Assembly (NCBI RefSeq): GCF_006345805.1
Contig: NC_043001.1
Location: 43,400,001 to 43,464,000 of the forward strand
Length of the DNA stretch: 64,000 bases
DNA from: Octopus sinensis
Lineage: Eukaryota
Direction: 5' to 3'
In this document: piece after piece, positions 37,701-50,076 of the stretch
Numbering within the stretch: position 1 is the first letter of the stretch
Layout: each line of letters opens with the position of its first letter
The notes under the pieces: generated by a model
The model's database searches: none
What the model was told of the DNA's origin: nothing
What the model saw: only the letters and a program-made list of their open reading frames with translations
Program-made: the position numbers and the translations under genes

Positions 37701-40055
37701 TTGTGTATCAAGGCTAATTCCAAAAAATACAGAACTATTGGGTTGTCCAGAAAGTTCATGCCAATTTTTAAAGGAAAGAAAAAGGTCAATAAATATTTGC
37801 CATTACATTTTTAATCAACCAAATATGAACCATTTTGTTGTACAATGCATCTCCATCTTTCCTTTAACTTGAAAATACCCACTTCCCAGAATTGAGGTGG
37901 TTTCACGGCAAGAATTCATCAAGGTATCTTTTTACGTCATCCATGGAATTGAAATTTTTACCATTAGACTATTCTGCAGAGACCTGAATAAGTGGAAAGC
38001 TCATAGTACAGAATTCCTTTCCAATCCCACCAGACACAAAGCAAGACTTTTTTAGGGTGAAGATTCGCTTTTGGGGTGGCTAAGGGTGGCTCATGTTGCT
38101 TACTCCAAGATCAGTTTCTCTGAACATTTCGGTAGATAATCCATTTCTCATCACCTGTCACAATTTGCTTTAAAAAAGGTGCTTTTTCATTCCATTTATA
38201 AAGCAAATCACAGATGGAAATGCAATCCAAAAGGTTCTTCTCACTCAACTCATGTGGTACCCAAAAATCATAACGATTTGTGTACCCAAGCTTTACCAGG
38301 TGCTCATGAATGATGGATTTTGATAGGTTGAGTCTTTCTGCCAATTCTCATGTTGTGCAGTGTGGGTTATTCTCAATTAATGACTTGATTTGGTCATCAT
38401 CTGTATTGGATGGTCTGTCTGATTGCTCTTTATCAATAAAGCTACAATCTCCAGCTCGGAACCTTGCAAACCACTTCCTTATGGTTCTTTCGGATATAGA
38501 AACATCACTGTAAACTGCGCATATTTCTTTGGTTACTTGTGAGGCATTTTTCATTTTACAGAAAAAGAAAAGCATCAAGTACTGAAAATGAACTTTCTTA
38601 TCTTCCATTTTAAAGGGTTACAGAATTAACACAGGTTATAGGAACGTAACCCTTCTTCCATGAAAAGATAGCTTAAACTGTGCTCTAAATGGAGATGTAG
38701 TCAAATCCTATTTTATGGACTCAACCATGTTCTAAAATAAGTGGAAAGGTAAGCTACTATAAATTGGCACAAACTTTCTGGACAACCCAATATTTGAAAG
38801 TACTCTGATTGCCATGTTGTGAGTGAAAAATGAAATAAAAAACATTCTGTGTAATGTCTCTCAGGATCTGCCAGTAACTGTTCAAGATATAGAATTAAAG
38901 TAAGAGAATGACAAATTCATTGCAAAGATGGAAGAAACATTGAAGGTAAAAGAAAATAAAAGTATGCATAACACAAATGCAAACCATTTTTCTCTTTGTG
39001 ATAATGTGATGTATGGTCAAAGAGCTGTAGTGCCAGTCGCACTACAAAAGCATGTGTTAAATGAATTTCATATGAGACACCCAGGGATTTCAAGAATGAA
39101 ATCAGTAATATGGGGTTATGTGTATTGGCCTACTATGACCGTGATAGTGAACAATTGGGGAAATTCTGCAGAGGTTGTGCTCTCACCGAAAAGTCACCAC
39201 CAGTGAAATTCCAATTGTGGTCTAAGACAGACAATCTGTGATCCAGGCTACATATAGATTTTGTTGGACTGATAAATGGCATGTATTATCTGATCATAGT
39301 AGACAGCTATACCAAGTGGCTGGAGATATGTAAATGCAGCCAACCAACCTCAAAGGTAACAATAAGGTTCCTTCATGAACTTTTTGCTTGATGCAATGTC
39401 TTGGGCACCATAGTATCAGATAACAGAATGCAGTTTTTGGTATATGAATTAAAAAATTTCTGTGAGAGGTATGCAATCAATCACATCTCTACTTCGCCCA
39501 AGAATAAATGGGCAAGCAGAAAGGTTCGTTGTCACATTTAAGTAAGCACTAAAAAAAAGAAACAGGAAATGAATTAGGCAATGGTGCAGCATTAACTCAA
39601 TTCTTAGAGGCTCACAGAGTAACACTTAACCTGAATACCTGTTCAGGCAAGTCACCCATAAAGCTGTTTGTCTAGAAGATAAAATCAATTTTTGATAAAT
39701 TGTTACCTACAAAAAATGGATCTTTTCGGTTTGAACGGCAGTTCAAACCGAAAAGATCCCAAAAAACTTACAGGGAAAACCCAAGAAACACAACAAAGTA
39801 TTTTAATGTGGGAGATAGGGTTCATTTCAAAATATATAAGAATGGAATATAGTGATGAAAAGAATAGGTAGTATGATGTACATAATGAAAGGTCAAATAG
39901 GAGAGCACAAATGACATTTGAACCAGTTGAAGACAAGACATACCGAAGAAAGAGAAGAAATATTGATGGAAGTTTGTTATGACTTGTTTGATGTTCCAAT
40001 GCCAAAAGAGGTTGAACCTAGGCGAATCAGCAATAGAAAATGTAACCAAACAGAA
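34711..40055 (+). mobile_element. Decayed Ty3/Gypsy LTR retrotransposon (Mag/K02A2.6-like); 3' LTR not found
   Basis: PBS-like TGGCGAC at 35044; gag FSYNPEE..YFRRYEEIF; zinc knuckles CYGCGGLH..DC; protease LDTGS; RT IFSKLDLSDVYLQI and YLNDILI; RNase H ASDA; integrase HMRHPGISRMK, HIDF, VSDN; many stops and frameshifts. 5' boundary approximate. Confidence 0.9.
37738..38790 (-). mobile_element. Internally deleted mariner nested in Gypsy pol
   Basis: TIRs TTGGGTTGTCCAGAAAGTT / AACTTTCTGGACAACCCAA, TA duplication on both sides; WVPHEL and TGDEKW motifs; GILYYEL is fused directly to FHLFRSLQ, so the YSPDLAP region is deleted. Confidence 0.93.
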
Positions 40056-41851
40056 CAGTGCTCACTTGCTTAATAAATATTGCTTTCATTATTTTATCAC
40101 AGTCATAATCTCTCTTTTTTAAACAAACATCAAGCTATGTTTAATGTACAGAAAAATAGCAGTGATCACATAGAGATATTTTAATACCTAAAGCTTATGA
40201 AATAGCCATAGCGACAAATTCACTTGCTAATTCTTAGATAATGACAGAAAGGTAATGAGTCACATGAGTTCGAAGCTTCAGTAAGTTTTAATAAGTTGTC
40301 CAATATAATTTGTTTTCAGTATGTGTAAACAATAAATTGAGGGCATTTACATAGTGAGTTTAAGTCAACAAAATACCTGATTTGCTCATCTGAAATAATG
40401 AAATAAAACTTGAAATGAAAAAATTGCAATGAATATGTATTAAGTAAATTATCATTAATGAAAACAATTAGAGGCTGGAGAAAGAGAAAGTGAGAGACTG
40501 TGTTGAAAATGAAAATGAAAAATCTTGCCAGAACATAATATTGTTTATCAAATGTTGAAACCTACTCTGCAGTGAATGTAAAGCTTGGCAACAAATATTT
40601 AAATTTGTGATGGTAAATAATAACAGATGCTTCGAAAGTGCTTTTTATTAATACATATAAACAGGGAAATTTATTAAAATTTTCCAGAGAGTCAAACCTA
40701 TAATATGGCTATTATGGAGGGTGTGACTAACTAATGGACATTACAGACATTTATATGTAGATATATAGCTGAGTCAATCTGTTATATATACTTATCATTA
40801 ATAGTTGGTAGAACTTACATAGGTGTGCATAGATAGATAGATAGATGAATGGACACAAACACACCACACACACACACACACATACACACACACAAGTCTG
40901 GTGCTGTGAGAAATTATACCAGTATAGTAAAGAATTTTCATTTTATCAAAATATTCATTTAACAAACTCCGGAAACTGATAATATTCTTGAAATTGAGCC
41001 TTGTATCAAAGTTATACAGCTATTTTGTGTGACAGCATGCATTCCTTCAACACAAACTCACTTAAAAATTATACCAGTATATTAAAAAATTTTCCTTTTA
41101 TCAAAAATATTCATTTAACGAACTGTGGAAACTGATAATGGTCTTGAAATTGTGCCTCATATCAAAGTTATATAGGTATTATTAAATTATCATTAATGAA
41201 AATAATGGTAAGAGAGAATGAGAGACTGTTCCAAATAAAAATGTGAAATGTTGCCTTCAATGAATTAATATTGTTTATTATTAAACATAAAAGTCTACTC
41301 CACAGTGAATGCAATGAATATTTAAATTTATGAAGAATTGGATGCAGTGAATGCAATTTGTGAGAATTTGGGGTTAAAAAAAATTCAATAAACTTCAGAA
41401 ATCGAAATCATAGGAAATTTCTTAGAACATGAATTTATAAAAATATTTCCAGATGGTCAAGCTCTTAATATTACTTTCTCTTTAGTACTATTAATAATTG
41501 TTACATACCGAATTTATAAGCAGCTTTCTCCATTATAGTATATACTAGCAGAAAGACCACCCTTCGGGCAGTTTTCTGCTAGCCCCTTGATGATATTTTC
41601 ACATTTGATACCCAATTCTAATAATTTTTATATTTTACATCTAATTATTTCTTTGTATAGTAGTGCTCACTTGCTTAGAAAATATTGCTTTTATTATTTT
41701 ATCACAGTTATAATCTCTCTTTTTTAAACAAACATCACAGTAGTCCAACTACAGAAGGGGGAAGCAGTTTGTCAAGTTTTACCTTTCCCTCAAAGCAACA
41801 TAGAGATTTCAATTCAGCAGCCCATCTGCAAATTTTGCAGGGTGTGTGTGT

Positions 41852-41916
<65 letters not shown>

Positions 41917-43990
41917 CGAGAGAGAAAGAGAGAGAGAGAGGGGGGGAACATTGCATATGTGGAATGAAATAAACAAGAAATGAAAAAATCATATAAATAA
42001 AAGGGCATTACTACAGACGTATACACCCCCACAACTTTGCTGCCTCATAACATCCAGAAAAATGAATACCTTTTAACAAAATTTTCAACAAATACCACTT
42101 AGATGTTGTGGCTTCAGGGTATATATGGATTTATGAGAAAGAATTTTTTCAAGGGGGTGAAGAGGGAAGCTTCGGAAAATTCACATGATTTGAATTTTTT
42201 CTCTCATAACTTTCAGGAAGATGGGTATCATTTAATGAAAGTTTATACAAATCCCTTTCAAACAGCATAGATTACAATTATAAAGAAATTTGTAGGGAAA
42301 ACGTTTTGGGGATTTTCCCCATTTTTTTTAAGCCACAGCCTTCAAAATGATGGGGTTGAGGGGGGCATCTTTGTATGAAAGATGTTTTGAAAGCTCTTTT
42401 TTTTTACACCCTCCTTATCATCCCTCTCCCAACCTATTTTGGCTAATATTTTTTTGCATTTCAAAACCATGGGAAGAGCATTTTTGGTAAAAAAAAACCC
42501 AAAAATTGTTAATATTTTCAGAGGGAAAAGTGAGGGCGATTTGGCTGTTGTTTCTAGCACATTCAAAGACAACCCTCCTGATTTCTCTACCACTCTTGCA
42601 TGTATTTGTTGTTTTTCAATATTTTTTCCCCATAATTTTGTGGAGGTCAACTTTGCCTTTCATCCTTTTGGGGTCAATAAATTAAGTCCCAGATGCATAC
42701 TGGATTGATCTAATTGACTGGCCCCTCCCCCCAAATTTCGGGCCTTGTGCCTAGAGTAGCAAAGAATATTTTTCTTCTCATAAATACATTTATATGCTAT
42801 AAAAAAGGAAAATTTGAGAGATTATGAATTTTTTGCAACCCTTACTCACTGTCCCTGCTTGTTTCTGTTTAGAAATTAAAATATTGGAGAGCTTGAGATG
42901 GTTATTGCTGGCATTTATTCACAGTGATTTAAAAAATGACAGAGATATACTTGCATTGCAAGTGACTTGATCTGAGGTCATCTGCTGAAACAAAAACGAT
43001 TGCAGCATGGAAGAAGTTTGTAAGCCATTCAAGAAAACACGAAAACCATTAGTTTCATGGTGCTACTTAAATACAGAGGTTCCGATGCATCTATGTAACA
43101 ATATGAGGGGGAAGGTTAGTTTTTAGGGTTAGTTTTAGGGTTAGTTAGGGTTAGGGTTAGGGTTAAGGTTAGGGTTAGGGTTAAGGCTAGGGTGTCATTA
43201 CATGTCCACACAGCATACATTTAAAATGTTTTGTATGTAACACCTGTATTTAAGAAGCACCATTAATGGACCTCTGTATTTTAGTATAACCAGTTTCACC
43301 TCAACAATTAAATTTCATTGGTGTCAAAATATTTTTGTCGCTTTGAAACCGCAACCTGTTCACTGACAAAACATCTCAAAAGTGATACCACACGAAGTTT
43401 TGTCAGTGAGCACACACACACACACACACACACACATTGCCTTTCGTTTGTGTGTATGTATATCTATGTGTGCGCGCAAGTGTGTGTATGTGTCATTGTT
43501 GAAATCCCTTGTGCAACTTGTTTGTGCATATATTAGCTTAGTGATACAGAATGTTTGGAAACTGAATAAGGTGCAAATTTCAAGTAGTTGTTGGTAACTT
43601 TTTTCCTCCTCATCTTCTAATAGTAATTACCCAACTTTCTAGGCTCTTCTCACAGCTATCCTGTGTTCAAAAATTATACGGGTATTGAAAAAAATTTACA
43701 TTCAATAAATGTTTTTACATTATGTATACATTAATAAAATAACCGGTTGGTTTTCCAAATAGTGAATTAAAACTTAAAAGACAGAATGAAAGGCTTTGCA
43801 AATGAAAATGGAATACTTTGCAGTGAATGCAATGAATATTTAAATTTGTGAGAAATTGGAGTTTAAAAATTCAATAAACTTGAGAATTCAAAATTATTGG
43901 AAATTTCTTAGAACGTAAATTTATAAAAATATTTCCTGAGTCAACCCTTTAATAATTACTTTCTCCGTTATATATATATATGCTAGTAAA
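40055..43990. repeat. Cluster of decayed AT-rich interspersed repeats, probably Helitron-derived, with local duplications
   Basis: 40057-40130 resembles 41662-41735; 41300-41490 resembles 43800-43970; 40910-41035 resembles 41068-41172; reverse Helitron-type end TACTAG plus hairpin at about 41544. Confidence 0.5.
43059..43291. mobile_element. Merlin-like MITE carrying (TTAGGG)n
   Basis: GG...CC termini, about 24-bp imperfect TIRs, 8-bp flanks AGTTTCAT/AGTTTCAC, telomere-type repeats at about 43117-43192. Confidence 0.6.
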
Positions 43991-44859
43991 ATTTTCATTT
44001 TGGGCTATTTTTAAAAACATAATCTATGACATTTTGAAAGTTTTGAGCTACTTTTTATTAAATTGATCTGGCAGTCCAACTATGTAGCACCTTGTGCAAT
44101 GCAATCTCTAACTATGTCCTCAGGTCGTCCAAAGTAAATTTGCCACACACACACACACACATTTTGGTTTGTTTACCTCCAGGTAAGATAGCGGTTTGGC
44201 AAAAAGAACTGATACAATAAATATCAAACTGAAATAAAAATATAAATAAAGGCAAGACTTCCTTTTGTACCCATCCCAAAAACGCCCCTTTTAAAATTTA
44301 ATTTCTTTTTCTACACAAACCCCCGTTTTCAGCTACACAGAATATGAATCTGCAAAAAAATTGGCAAGAATGGGCATTTGGAAATTACCCCCCCACCCAC
44401 CAATTTCTTCATTGTTAACTTTTTTCAGAAATTTTTTTTCAAAATATGTGGAAAAATACAGAGATTCTGAAAAAATTTTTATAGTTAGGGTTATCGTTAG
44501 AGTTTTAGGGTTAAGTTTTTAGGACTAGGGAAAAAAGTAAGAAAGGAAGAAATTTGGGGAAGGGGAGGAGGAAGGAGGGGGCAAAAATTTCAAAATACCG
44601 ATTTTTGTCAATTTTCTGGAATCTCCGTATCCGAAAACGGGATATTCTATCAGAAAAAAATATATAAAAAATAATTTGAGAGAAAATGAGGTGGGGGCGG
44701 GAGGAAGTCTTTCCAATGTAAATAATGGGGTAGATTTGTCCGATTAAAACTTTTCAAGACAGTGCTTTTCAAGCCACTGACTGAAACAAAAGAAAAAATT
44801 AAATTAAAATAACTCGGAATCAATGATTAAGTGAAGAGTTGTTTATAATAACAACAGTA

Positions 44860-44980
44860 GTCTCCCTTGCATAGGTTTTACTTTTTGATACTGTTTGGTG
44901 TTTTGTCTTGTCGACTAAACACTTCACCTCTTCAAACCTGAAAATTACGGTCGTATTTGAGAACGTGTTTTATCTATCGG
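44860..44980 (+). promoter_or_regulatory. Possible first non-coding exon of the plus-strand gene
   Basis: Unique, CpG-richer segment ending in a CG|GTAAAT donor; the coding exon at 49606 is preceded by acceptors, implying an upstream 5' UTR exon. Confidence 0.25.
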
Positions 44981-46032
44981 TAAATATTTAGTTTTCGATA
45001 AACAATAGATTTAATTGAAGGTATATTAACATTATCCCTCCCGGCAATGTTCCTATTCGTACCATACTAATGTTTGGTAAACAACAATGTCATTACATAT
45101 TTTAGTTAATCTGCCTACCCAACGAAAATAATATTGTTGTTTGTTATTATTGTAAATAATGGTTTATTAGATAAATTTTCAGTAGTTCTTTTACTTATTA
45201 TTCTTGTATTTGATGTTTTCTTTTCAGTGCTTGAGTCTAATTTCGCTATTTCCCCATGTTGTATACACTCTCTGTACTTATTCCAAATGGCTTGTTTCCT
45301 TAAACTATTCCTATCGAATCCGACTATATATATAATATAATATAATATACTATGTGTGTGTGTTGCATAGTAAATAATTCTTTTATTTCTTATTTCAAAG
45401 AAGTAAAAAAGTGAATGTTTTTATCAATAATCACTGCACACTAATCTTCTAGATATTGTTTATCTAAAGATACATATAGTACGTAAAATACCTGTAAATC
45501 TTTGTTCACTTTCAGAAAAGCTATGGACAAATTGTCTATGGCACTAGAAAATATTCTTAATGAAGTAGTTGACTGCTTAAAGTGTACGATAATTAAATGC
45601 TGGAGCGATTTCGCCAAGCTAAATTGCATTTATCTCCCTATTTGAAGCTGCCAAATATTATCGAAAATATTGCTCAATTTCAAGATATTTAAAATATATG
45701 TCATTTATTCAATAATATTATTTAGTCTGATTTTTACCATTCTATAATTTGTCTTTAAGGCTGGAATTTCATTAACCCATAAAGCGCTGGGATTTGCACT
45801 TACACAGCATGGGCTGCTGAACACATTTTATGAAAATGAGACTACCATGCACACATAAAAACGAAAAGTAGTTAAGATATCTTCTTAGTATATAATGGTA
45901 GCAAGTTTTACATCATCTGAAAAGTCATTAGTTGAACTATTAGTCCTTTTGCATTCTGCGGGGGTATTGGAGCATTTGAGTGACATTAGACCCCAACAAA
46001 CGCCTCATAAATTAAATGCATCTATTTCAGGA

Positions 46033-46895
46033 CAACTTTCGGGCCGGGACCTATGGACAATCACCAAAGATCTCTGGCCTGGCAGTGCTATCAAGAAGCA
46101 TTACCTGTTCGGGATTAGCTTTACAGGCACGGTCCAAGACACATTGGACCGACTTGCCGAGATACGGTCAGAGTAATGGAACTGTTCTGCACGCACTCGT
46201 GCGGTGTCCAACCATTTCAGACCTGTGGGCTTATGCCCGAACGGCTGTTGGCATGTGTGGGATGAGTCCGCCTGTCGGCCGAGTCTATCGTGACAGTTGC
46301 TCTGCCACCTTCCCTCAGTTGGGAAGGCAAGGCAGTCTTCATTGTACTGGTGGCCATGGCGAAAGAATGTGTGTGGTGGACTCAAGCAAAAGGATTAGAG
46401 ACAAACACTTATGTCTCTGGCCAATCGATCAACTTTTTCAAGTACTACTTGAAAAGGAAGGTGAGAATGGAGAGGCAGGTTTTGTCTCGTGAATGTTTCA
46501 AAAAAAGGTGGGTGAATGTAGCAAAGATGGTGCATGCGAGCGACGAAACCACTTTGAGCATGATCCTGTAAATCGTAAAAAGAAAGAGAGAGAGAGAGCA
46601 CTTTGCTCTCATGTTTATTTCCACCCTGCCTGAGGTTACTGTGGTCTTTTCCATAGGCTTTTCTTCCCACTGATAAACCTAATCTTGCTTCTTATTTTTA
46701 AAATATTTCTTCTGTACATCCTTTTTGATCACCTTTTTTCCCCCCGATCCCCTTTGATTGGAATTTTACTTTTTTCTCTTTTTTTTCCATTTTCAAAAAG
46801 TAAAGCTCTACAATTTTGTATTTGCCCCCGCTGTGTTCAGCCCTGTGTGGCCAATAAAGAAAGTTATCTATCTGTCTGTCTGTCTATCTATCTAC
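46033..46895 (+). mobile_element. L1/Tx1-clade LINE 3' end
   Basis: TVLHALVRCP zinc-knuckle region and FKYYLKRKVRMER..FKKRW C-terminus; pyrimidine-rich 3' UTR, AATAAA and (TATC/TGTC)n tail. Confidence 0.75.
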
Positions 46896-47700
46896 CTATC
46901 ATAAAACGGAAGGTGTGTGTGTATAAAGGCCTTTTTCTTGATTCTCCATAAAATCAATATTTTTCATCCGATTTCGTTCACACTGGGAACATATATCACT
47001 TATGTTCCAGAGATGATCATAGACTCTTCAAATTTTCCACAATGAGTAATGTTGCCCTCTAGGGGACAAAAACACTTTCTCATAGGTAAATAAATACCAA
47101 CGATCGTTGCTTCAGGGGACATTACTCTTGATGACGTAGTTATGCTATTTTCACTTCGTCTCTTACAACAGTTTTTACAATGTCCATTCACTGCAAACTG
47201 CTGATATTTGCACATTAGCACTTCCTGGAGATAGCCATGGAATTTAAATCAACTTTTAATTATTTTTTAAATGCCTTCAGACAATGTTTAGCTAGATTGC
47301 CCAAGGCTCAAATATCTTAACCTTTCCTAAGGCCATTATGACAATTTTCTGAATCCACTCAGCAAACAATAGTACCACAGACATTCAAATTAGCCCGTCC
47401 CCCCTCTACCTTCACTTTGCAGATAACCCTGCAATGCCACGTCGGAAAAAGAGAGTTTTCATTGGTAGACTGTCCAGTACTGCTGCTAAAGCCAGAAGAT
47501 ATCGGAATAACGAATCTCAAGACCAGAGGTCCTACAGACTGTCCAAGCAGGCTACCTACAATACTGCTGCCCATGCAGTACATACACCTGCAACTTCTGC
47601 CACCGTTAAGGCTTCAAAGTATGAAGAAGAGCTTGTGTAAGCATAAGAAAATTTTTAAAAATCCCAGTCCAAGGATTCCTTGGGGTAAAACATGAACCAA
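46890..47700 (+). mobile_element. 5' relic of an autonomous Helitron
   Basis: TC..ATAAAA..(TG)n start; ORF 47434-47640 MPRRKKRVFIGRLSSTAAKARRYRNNESQDQRSYRL resembles Helitron Rep/Hel N-termini. Confidence 0.5.
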
Positions 47701-48149
47701 GAAAAGAGAGATTGAAAGTTTTAAACGAGTTGTAGTTGCATAGGAGTATTAGTGTGAGGTTCAGAAATGTCTGTCGTGCCAAACTCTTGCTTTTCTTTCT
47801 CCTGTCTTTATTTGGTCACACACTCACAATATATATGTAACGATGGTGTTGTAACAATAATATGCATCATAGAAATGAGTGAAGAACAATATTAATTGAT
47901 TGTAAAGATGGCCATTATATTTATATGATTATAATGATGGTCATTACAATATAGAAGATACAACTTATTTGAGTTGTTTGTGTACACAGTCTGTTTGTTG
48001 TTGCAGTAAACAAATTGTCTTTAGTTCCATGATACATTGTGTTTGGTAGTTAGTTTCATCTGTGAGTGACTTCGAGAGAGACAGAGGGAGTAAGAGAGTT
48101 TAGGCAAGTAGAGAGAGTAATAGATCTGCTGTTGCACATGTTGACCAGC

Positions 48150-48570
48150 ATACCTGCCATCAGGCATCTACCATACTCTGAACATCTTACTTCTCTGGGT
48201 ATGGATACATTAAAGCTCCAACATCTGGCTTGGTAGACATCTACAAGATTCTCCACCATCTTTTCGACAACAATTTTGGGCATGTTTTTTAATTCCATAT
48301 GTCTAACTCTCGTGGACATGCTTGCAAAATCAAAAGGCAGCACCACCACCCTTGACTTTTGGAAACATTATCTCATACTCAGAATTGCTGAGGCATGCAA
48401 TAAAGTACTATCATTAATTGTTTGCTTTGGAACACTATATCTTTCAAAACTTGCATACTTCTTGAAATTCGCCAATAGTACACCTGATGTTCCTCACTCC
48501 CTACTTTTTTTTTTAACAACTCATTCTCTGTTCACTTGTGCATTTTTCTATGTATTCTTCATGCACTTAT
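48150..48570 (+). mobile_element. CR1-like LINE 3' fragment (left arm and loop of the hairpin)
   Basis: PYSEHLTSLGMDTLKL..LVDIYKIL..SRGHACKI..DFWKHYLILRIAEACNK across frameshifts; homologous to 14910-15225. Confidence 0.75.
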
Positions 48571-48765
48571 TGCTACTTTTTATGATTTTGTAAGCATGTC
48601 CATGAGTGTTAGATATATGAAATTCAAAAAGGTGCCCAAGGTTGTTGTTGGAAAGATGGTGGATAATCTTGTGGATGTCTACTAAGCCAGATGTTGGAGC
48701 TTTAATGTGTTCATGCCCAGGGAATTAAGATGTTTAGAGTATGGTAGATGCTTGATGGTAGGTAT
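48150..48765 (+). ncRNA. Candidate long hairpin RNA formed by two inverted CR1-like LINE fragments
   Basis: Arms 48150-48332 and 48583-48765 align without gaps (160/183 identical); 17 of the 23 differences are G-U pairs in a plus-strand transcript. No expression data. Confidence 0.5.
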
Positions 48766-49605
48766 TTGTCTGGTTGCATGTTTCTAAACAGTTTTCATGA
48801 GATAGATATGCTGAGCAAAATAGGGGTTCCAAACTGGTGATGCAAACTCTGTGTATGTACTATAGCCATATACAGTTTTAAATAGATAGCTGGTATGAAT
48901 GATACCAAGATACCCTTAGCCTTCTTGAGAAGGCTAAGGGTATCTTTATGTTTAAAAAAATGGTAACAGGTCGAGATGTGCACACACACACACACACAAA
49001 CATTGTGTTGCTTGTTCCATTTCTGTTTACCACAGCCAACATTCTGCTTTTTCATGTCACACATCAAATTTTATGAGTTCCTTCATTCTTAAAGTTGGTA
49101 TTTTAAAGAATTTCTATTTTTGTATTCCTGTAATATATTAATATTTCAAACTTCGTATTAATATTCTGTCTATCTTTCAGACTGAAGACAATCCTAACAA
49201 GTTGTATATTACACTTGGATTGATATTAATAAGTTTCAATTCTTTTAAATAACACAAAAAAATGAATTTAATAAAATGGATATGTATTTCATTGATTGTG
49301 GGAGGAGTACTTTAAACATTTTATAATAAATAGATTAAAGTCCATGGAAAATGTAATGAAATAAATTGCATAAGTACTGAAAAAAAAAGAGATTTTTACT
49401 TATTTGAAGTATTGTTGTACAAAGGAAACTGAGGGAAGCTATATTTCCTCCTTCTGCATTGTGATCATTTTAACCATTCTATTCTTCTTTAACTGTTGAT
49501 AATTTTCACATTTCATTTTAAATATCACAGTAGCTTAGTTGGACATTTGTAAAATTTCTTAATTGAATATTTATATGATTTCGATATTTCAGTTTAATTT
49601 CTAAG

Positions 49606-49709
49606 ATGAAACCTGAATCCAAAAGAGTTATTCGACATGTCCAGCAAAATTTTGACCATTCAATTTGGACCATAAATGATCGCAAATGTTTGTCCAAGGC
49701 TTTAAAAAG
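49606..49709 (+). CDS. First coding exon of a Myb/SANT-like protein, possibly SNAPC2 (SNAP45)-like: MKPESKRVIRHVQQNFDHSIWTINDRKCLSKALK
   Basis: Acceptors just upstream (tttcag ending 49592, ctaag ending 49605), open frame, consensus AAG|GTAAGT donor (phase 2). The MKP start and W-x4-R/K-x2-L helix resemble, from memory, the human SNAPC2 N-terminus. Confidence 0.6.
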
Positions 49710-50051
49710 GTAAGTATTAAGTGAAAGTCTTTTTGTATTAACCCTTTCATTACCAACCTGGCTGAAACCAGCTCTGGCTCTGAGTACAAATGTCTTGTTT
49801 TCATAAGTTTTGAATTAAAATCTTCCACTAAACCTTTGTCACAATTTATGTTCCTAATACTAGCTTAATGATAACTAAGTTATTTTACTAAATTCTTTGT
49901 TATATTTAAAGTAATTGAAAGAAACACAGAGCATTTCAAAATAAATACAGTAACGAAAGGGTTAAACAACAATTTGATCAAACACCTCATAGAAGCAAAG
50001 TTGGGAGGACAACACTGCTGTACTTTGTTTCATACTATGCTTTTTCTACAG

Positions 50052-50076
50052 GTTTGGATCCATTTGTGATTGTAAG
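50052..50076 (+). CDS. Candidate micro-exon of the SNAPC2-like gene (RFGSICD[CK])
   Basis: tttttctacag| acceptor; phase-2 join gives LKRFGS, typical after Myb helix 1. Two possible donors (after 50071 GTAAGG, after 50076 GTACTG); neither is in phase with the 54011 exon. Confidence 0.4.

Noticed and set aside
43117-43192. (TTAGGG)n as a chromosome end or fusion site
   Set aside because: Short, degenerate, single orientation and enclosed by TIRs with a TSD.
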